In this document: positions 27,845-32,000 of the stretch, one piece after another
Layout: the number at the start of each line of letters is the position of its first letter
Numbering within the stretch: position 1 is the stretch's first letter
Origin: Candidatus Brocadia sp.
GTDB lineage: Bacteria > Planctomycetota > Brocadiia > Brocadiales > Brocadiaceae
NCBI GenBank assembly: GCA_021650915.1
Contig: CP091279.1
Coordinates: forward strand, 3,900,001-3,932,000
Length of the DNA stretch: 32,000 bases
Direction: 5' to 3'
Program-made: the position numbers and the translations under genes
The notes under the pieces: generated by a model
What the model was told of the DNA's origin: nothing
The model's database searches: none
What the model saw: only the letters and a program-made list of their open reading frames with translations

Positions 27845-29341
27845 ATGAGCTTTATACGGAGGATAAAACGAGGAGCCTCAATTTACCTAGCCGAGGTAGA
27901 AAATGTAAGAGTAGGCGGCAAGGTTATCCAGAAGCATATCCGGTATGTGGGTAAAGAAGTAGCTGATACACCGATTTTAACAGGGTCGGTGGCGAATTCC
28001 ACGATAGATCGGGTGACAATCTATGGTCCCTTATTGATGTTAGACGAGATCGCAAGACAAATTGATTTATCTGGTATATTGGGGGAATATGGGGACTATT
28101 TGTTGAGCTTGGCCTATGCTCATTGCATTTCGCCAGATAGTTTAACGGGGATGGCAGATTGGTATCAGAAGACCGAGATGGGTAGTCTTCTTTCTCTTTC
28201 CGATGTTACGTACAAGAAATTGATCGAGGCAATCGATTCGGTAGAGGGGATGAAAGGGGCGGAGATTCAAGGGCAAATATTTGGACGTTTAAAAGAGAGT
28301 TTAAATCTATCGGCGAAAGGGTATTTTTACGATATTACGAGCATCTATTTTTACGGGGTATGTTGTCCTCTGGCCAAGCGCGGGCATAATGCGGAGGGGA
28401 GGAAGGAACGGCAAATTCAGGTTGGATTAGCGGTAACGCAGGGGGAAAGGATTCCAATATTTCACAAAGTATTTGAGGGAAACATCTTTGATGCGAGGAC
28501 ACTGCCGGACATTCTTCTTCATCTTAGAGGTCAGCATATCAAGGACATCTGTATTGTATGGGACCGAGGAGTTTCTTCTCAATTGAACATCAAAGAAGCC
28601 AAAGAGATGGGATTTGAAGTGTTATGTGGGCTAGCGTTGAAAGGAGATTTAAAGAAGGTTGCCGATCACGTTCTGGGGGAGGATATCATCTCCATGAAGC
28701 AGAGAGTAAGACTTCAGAATGCCACCTTCTATGTGAAGAAGAAACGGTACCGGATAGACGGGATTGATGGATATCTTGCCGTTTGTCTTAACGAGAAAGA
28801 AAAGCAGGCGATTCGCGAGAGGAGATATGACGAGATTGATCATGCCCTCCAACAGATCGGTCAGAACAAGGATATCCGCGAGGGGCTGAAGAAATATATA
28901 AGCGGGAATAAGGCCAATTACAAGTCTTTGACATTGGCAGGGCGCTATGACGGAATATCGGTAATCTTCTCGGCGAGGAATCTCAGTGAAAAAGATATGA
29001 TCAGGGGGTATTTTGAAAAAGATACCGTAGAGAAATCCTTCCGATGTATGAAAAGCCTTTTAGAAATGGACAAGGTAAGGTTCTGGCTAACTAATCGAGT
29101 CAAGGGACATATTTTTGTTTGCTATCTCGCCTATTTACTTCTCTCTGTCCTTGAATACAGACTTAAGAAAATAGGAATAAAGGCAACTGAGGCAATAGAA
29201 ACCATGGAGTCGATGTGTCGAGTGTACATCACCGATCCAAAATCAAAAAACAGATTCGTAAAAACAGTAACTCTGAGTAAAAAACAAGAAGACATCCTAA
29301 GGGAAATTAATCCGCATCTCTTGACAAAGTGTAATGTGTAA
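27845..29341 (+). CDS. IS1634/IS4-family DDE transposase (second, unrelated copy); element ends not defined
   Basis: Intact ORF. Reads MSFIRRIKRGASIYLAEVENVRVGGKVIQKHIRYVGK, YFYDITSIYFYG, IVWDRGVSS, and a C-terminal YLAYLLLSVLEYRLKK. The track's TTG start at 27809 is less likely. Confidence 0.8.
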   Translation: MSFIRRIKRGASIYLAEVENVRVGGKVIQKHIRYVGKEVADTPILTGSVANSTIDRVTIYGPLLMLDEIARQIDLSGILGEYGDYLLSLAYAHCISPDSLTGMADWYQKTEMGSLLSLSDVTYKKLIEAIDSVEGMKGAEIQGQIFGRLKESLNLSAKGYFYDITSIYFYGVCCPLAKRGHNAEGRKERQIQVGLAVTQGERIPIFHKVFEGNIFDARTLPDILLHLRGQHIKDICIVWDRGVSSQLNIKEAKEMGFEVLCGLALKGDLKKVADHVLGEDIISMKQRVRLQNATFYVKKKRYRIDGIDGYLAVCLNEKEKQAIRERRYDEIDHALQQIGQNKDIREGLKKYISGNKANYKSLTLAGRYDGISVIFSARNLSEKDMIRGYFEKDTVEKSFRCMKSLLEMDKVRFWLTNRVKGHIFVCYLAYLLLSVLEYRLKKIGIKATEAIETMESMCRVYITDPKSKNRFVKTVTLSKKQEDILREINPHLLTKCNV

Positions 29342-29451
29342 AATCGAGGAAACAGTCAGGTATATTAAACCAAGAAAATACCAAATCTGTCAGAGATTGT
29401 CAATACCGTCACAAGTTCCTGATAGTCCCAAATTTCAGCACAAGACAATCC

Positions 29452-29480
29452 TTGACACAACAAACATGGCATGATAAACT
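29452..29480 (+). promoter_or_regulatory. Candidate sigma70-type promoter for glyQ
   Basis: TTGACA (29452-57), a 17-nt spacer, then TAAACT (29475-80), about 78 nt upstream of the glyQ ATG. Confidence 0.3.
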
Positions 29481-29496
29481 CCTAAAATCTTGTATG

Positions 29497-29523
29497 TAGG
29501 GGCAATTCACAAATTGCTCCCTA
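29497..29523. repeat. Palindromic element TAGGGGCAATT...AAATTGCTCCCTA in the glyQ leader
   Basis: Imperfect hairpin with one bulge. Confidence 0.4.
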
Positions 29524-29557
29524 TCCCTGTTTTCTGCATTCACCCACGAGAACACCC

Positions 29558-30457
29558 ATGACCTTTCAGGAAATTATCTTAAAACTGCAAAATTACTGGG
29601 CTGATTACGGCTGTGTACTCTGGCAACCCTATGATATGGAAAAGGGCGCCGGCACGTTTAATCCTGCAACATTCCTGAGGGCGCTGGGTCCTGAACCGTG
29701 GAAATGCGCTTATGTAGAACCCTCACGGCGTCCAACTGATGGCAGATACGGAGAAAATCCCAACCGATTACAACATTACTATCAATTCCAGGTAATCATA
29801 AAACCCGCCCCTGATGATGCGCAGGATATTTATTTAAACAGCTTGCGGTTTTTAGGCATTGATCTGGTGAAACACGATGTGCGGTTTGTCGAAGATGACT
29901 GGGAATCCCCTACCCTGGGCGCTACGGGACTTGGCTGGGAGGTATGGCTGGACGGCATGGAGGTTACGCAGTTTACCTATTTTCAACAGGTAGGCGGTTT
30001 TGAACTTGAACCAATCACCCTTGAGCTTACTTACGGACTCGAACGCATCGCCATGTTCATCCAGGAAAAAGAATCGGTATTCGATCTTGAATGGGTCAAG
30101 GGCTACACTTACGGCGATATCCACAAGCAGGACGAAGTCCAGTTTTCCACCTATAATTTTAAAGTTGCAGACACGACCATGCTTTTCCAGCTCTTTGATG
30201 CATACGAAAAGGAATGCCAGCGACTGCTCAAAGAAGACCTGGTGTTGCCCGCCTATGATTACGTTTTAAAGTGCTCACACACGTTTAATCTGTTGGATGC
30301 CCGCGGGGCTATCGGAGTCACCCAGCGTACTGGTTATATCGGAAGGGTAAGAAACCTCGCCCGACGCTGTGCCGAAAGTTACGTCCAGTTGCGCGAGACG
30401 CTGCATTGGCCGCTACTAAAGGAATTCAAGGCGAAAAAATATGAATACGCGGAATAA
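29558..30457 (+). CDS. glyQ: Glycine--tRNA ligase alpha subunit
   Basis: 299 aa. Reads [48 protein letters not shown]...[27 protein letters not shown], the canonical GlyQ sequence pattern. Confidence 0.95.
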   Translation: MTFQEIILKLQNYWADYGCVLWQPYDMEKGAGTFNPATFLRALGPEPWKCAYVEPSRRPTDGRYGENPNRLQHYYQFQVIIKPAPDDAQDIYLNSLRFLGIDLVKHDVRFVEDDWESPTLGATGLGWEVWLDGMEVTQFTYFQQVGGFELEPITLELTYGLERIAMFIQEKESVFDLEWVKGYTYGDIHKQDEVQFSTYNFKVADTTMLFQLFDAYEKECQRLLKEDLVLPAYDYVLKCSHTFNLLDARGAIGVTQRTGYIGRVRNLARRCAESYVQLRETLHWPLLKEFKAKKYEYAE

Positions 30458-30869
30458 CCATAATTGCGCAGGTTTGCGTTACATAGACTTATTCTGTGGA
30501 ATCGGAGGATTTCGCCTTGCTATTGAAGATGTTTGTCGAAAAAATGGCGTCCAAGCAGAGTGCGTTTTTTCATGTGAAATTGACGAAGAATGCCGCAAGT
30601 CGTATTTGGCAAATTTCTCTGATTTACCTCATGGTGACATTACACAAATTTCCGAAAAGGCTGTTCCGGATCACGAAATTTTGCTCGCCGGCTTTCCATA
30701 TCAACCTTTTAGCATTATTGGCAAAAGAAAGGGGTTTGAGGACACAAGAGGCACTTTGTTTTTTGATATTGCCCGAATAATACAGGCAAAACAACCGACT
30801 GCATTTGTGCTGGAAAACGTTAAACTTCTTTCTGGGCATAATCAAGGAAAGACCTTGGTGACATGTTAA
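30441..30869 (+). pseudogene. DNA (cytosine-5) methyltransferase, N-terminal 142-codon remnant with catalytic Cys replaced by Tyr
   Basis: Motif I is DLFCGIGG. Motif IV reads GFPYQPFS instead of GFPCQPFS (TAT at 30699-30701). Motif VI ENV is present. Motifs VIII-X and the target-recognition domain (TRD) are absent. Confidence 0.85.
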
Positions 30870-30919
30870 CGGAGTTTAAAGTCGGTGAAAAATACACAAA
30901 TGATTAGATTCGCTTTGCA

Positions 30920-31858
30920 TTGAACGTAGAAAATTTGGGTGGTATTCGTCCTTCTGTTGATGCAAACAAGAATCTTAACCATCTTGTTATATTAACTACA
31001 ACAGAGCAGTATGCGAAAAACATAGCAGAAAATCCTTACCATGACAGGATCGAAAACAACATACTAATTTACACGGCGCAAGGAAGAACTGGCGATCAAG
31101 AAATCAGCGGTAGGAACAAAAGGATTATTGAACAATACTCTGCGCCAATTCCTTTTTATGGCTTTTCAAACGAAGGAAGACAAAAATATACATTTCCTGG
31201 ATTGCTTGAGCTTCTTCGCCATTTCCAAGAATATCAGATAGACAAAAAGAATATCTTAAGAAAGGTTTGGGTTTTCGAATTTTACATTCATGACGAAATA
31301 CCAACAGTTCCTATCCAAAATGCAAAAGACTTAATTGTTGCAATATTTAAGGAATCAAGAAAAATCCGCGAAATAGAGAGAGAAGAAAGAGAAGTCATTT
31401 TATCTGAAGTTCAACAAAAAGTTTATGAAACTGCAAATTGTGAAACAGAAGAAATTCGTTCTTATCTTCTTCGTATTAATCCGTATCGTTTTGAATTTCT
31501 TGTAAAAGATGTAGTTGCGTCGAATGGTTTTATAAATGTTACCGTGACGACTCCTTCACAAGATGGAGGGATTGATGTAAATGGATATGTTGCAGAATCT
31601 AATTACTTTTTCTCTAGGACGCATGTTCAATTCCAGGTAAAACGTTGGCGTCATTCTGTGGGCAGTGTCGAAATTAACAATTTCAGAGGTGCGCTGCACA
31701 CAACCGCAAAAGGGATATTTGTGACTACAAGCCACTTTACGAAGGCTGCAATGCAAGAGGCAGAACATTCTGTCAAACCTTGCATTTCACTTATCGATGG
31801 ATTTAGGTTTTCAAAACTCATAAAAGACACTGGAATAAACATAAACAAATATCTGTGA
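30920..31858 (+). CDS. Type IV (modification-dependent) restriction enzyme: SRA-like N-domain + Mrr-cat nuclease domain; native N-terminus is cut off by an amber codon
   Basis: The C-terminal domain is Mrr-like: FEFLVKDVV..GFINVTVTTPSQDGGIDVNGY...VQFQVKRW...FRGAL...GIFVTTSHFTKAA...ISLIDG. The N-terminal domain follows an SRA-type pattern: GGIRPS..LVILTTT..Y.D....ILIYTAQGRTGDQEISGRNKRII. An in-frame ATG at 30863 is followed by TAG at 30905-07. Confidence 0.75.
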   Translation: MNVENLGGIRPSVDANKNLNHLVILTTTEQYAKNIAENPYHDRIENNILIYTAQGRTGDQEISGRNKRIIEQYSAPIPFYGFSNEGRQKYTFPGLLELLRHFQEYQIDKKNILRKVWVFEFYIHDEIPTVPIQNAKDLIVAIFKESRKIREIEREEREVILSEVQQKVYETANCETEEIRSYLLRINPYRFEFLVKDVVASNGFINVTVTTPSQDGGIDVNGYVAESNYFFSRTHVQFQVKRWRHSVGSVEINNFRGALHTTAKGIFVTTSHFTKAAMQEAEHSVKPCISLIDGFRFSKLIKDTGININKYL

Positions 31859-31903
31859 GGTCTTATGACTAAAAAGCACTGTGATGAAAAATGAGACTGC
31901 TAT

Positions 31904-32000
31904 ATGTGTGGCAAAGAAACCGTTTCACAACTCACTCCTGGAGGGTGGTTGGGCAATTACCATCCGCTCTGTGACCCATGTGCGGATTCTATCTTTCTCG
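31904..32000 (+). CDS. Partial ORF, possible small zinc-ribbon protein (runs off the window)
   Basis: Reads MCGKETVSQLTPGGWLGNYHPLCDPCADSIFL..., with a C-x-x-C pair preceded by CYMC. This is very weak evidence. Confidence 0.15.
   Translation, partial: MCGKETVSQLTPGGWLGNYHPLCDPCADSIFL

Noticed and set aside
1-32000. Search for CRISPR arrays, tRNA/tmRNA, rRNA, a T-box or other riboswitch upstream of glyQ, and retron or DGR-type RT systems.
   Set aside because: There are no regularly spaced direct repeats. I saw no T-loop (GGTTCGA-type) or cloverleaf candidates and no reverse-transcriptase motifs in any ORF. The glyQ leader is too short for a T-box and is occupied by a simple palindrome.

Overview
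This is a bacterial chromosomal window with a visibly mosaic composition: 11.7-13.7 kb is AT-rich, and several IS bodies are GC-richer than their surroundings.

Conserved anchor genes sit at both ends:
- a partial LolD/MacB-type ABC ATPase (1-630, minus strand)
- an RNase HI-domain protein
- selB
- a 766-aa secreted protein with seven tandem SBBP beta-propeller repeats, whose stop overlaps the selB start (ATGA)
- glyQ (29558-30457)

Between about 6.1 and 29.5 kb the DNA is accessory and saturated with insertion sequences. At least ten IS-derived units are present:
- a decayed RAYT/IS200-like gene flanked by REP-like hairpin repeats
- an IS66 fragment abutted by an intact IS3 that has a canonical A-run -1 frameshift site
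- an IS630 copy split by an IS4/IS1634-type element
- a second IS630 subtype present only as separated 5' and 3' parts
- an IS1380 element
- a single-ORF IS66 with a perfect 8-bp TSD
- a third IS630 with a TA TSD
- a second IS1634-type transposase

The cargo among these elements includes an MNT/HepT toxin-antitoxin pair and an AT-rich putative outer-membrane beta-barrel gene. It also includes a defence-type cluster at 18.6-26.3 kb, which contains, in order:
- the last 70 codons of an SNF2 helicase, cut at the IS1380 end
- a 402-aa NERD-like PD-(D/E)xK protein
- a 49-aa hydrophobic ORF
- a 418-aa uncharacterised protein with a C-terminal D...ExK motif, split by the IS66 insertion and exactly reconstructable
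- an amino-methyltransferase plus restriction endonuclease pair

A second islet directly after glyQ holds a truncated C5-cytosine methyltransferase with a catalytic Cys->Tyr change. Next to it is an SRA-like/Mrr-cat type IV enzyme with an early amber codon.

The best candidate for something undescribed is the locus of helicase tail, NERD-like protein, small membrane ORF and split nuclease. It lies inside an 11.3-kb segment bounded by the outer ends of one IS630 subtype.

No rRNA, tRNA or CRISPR array was seen. All family calls rest on motif recognition by eye, not on database searches.
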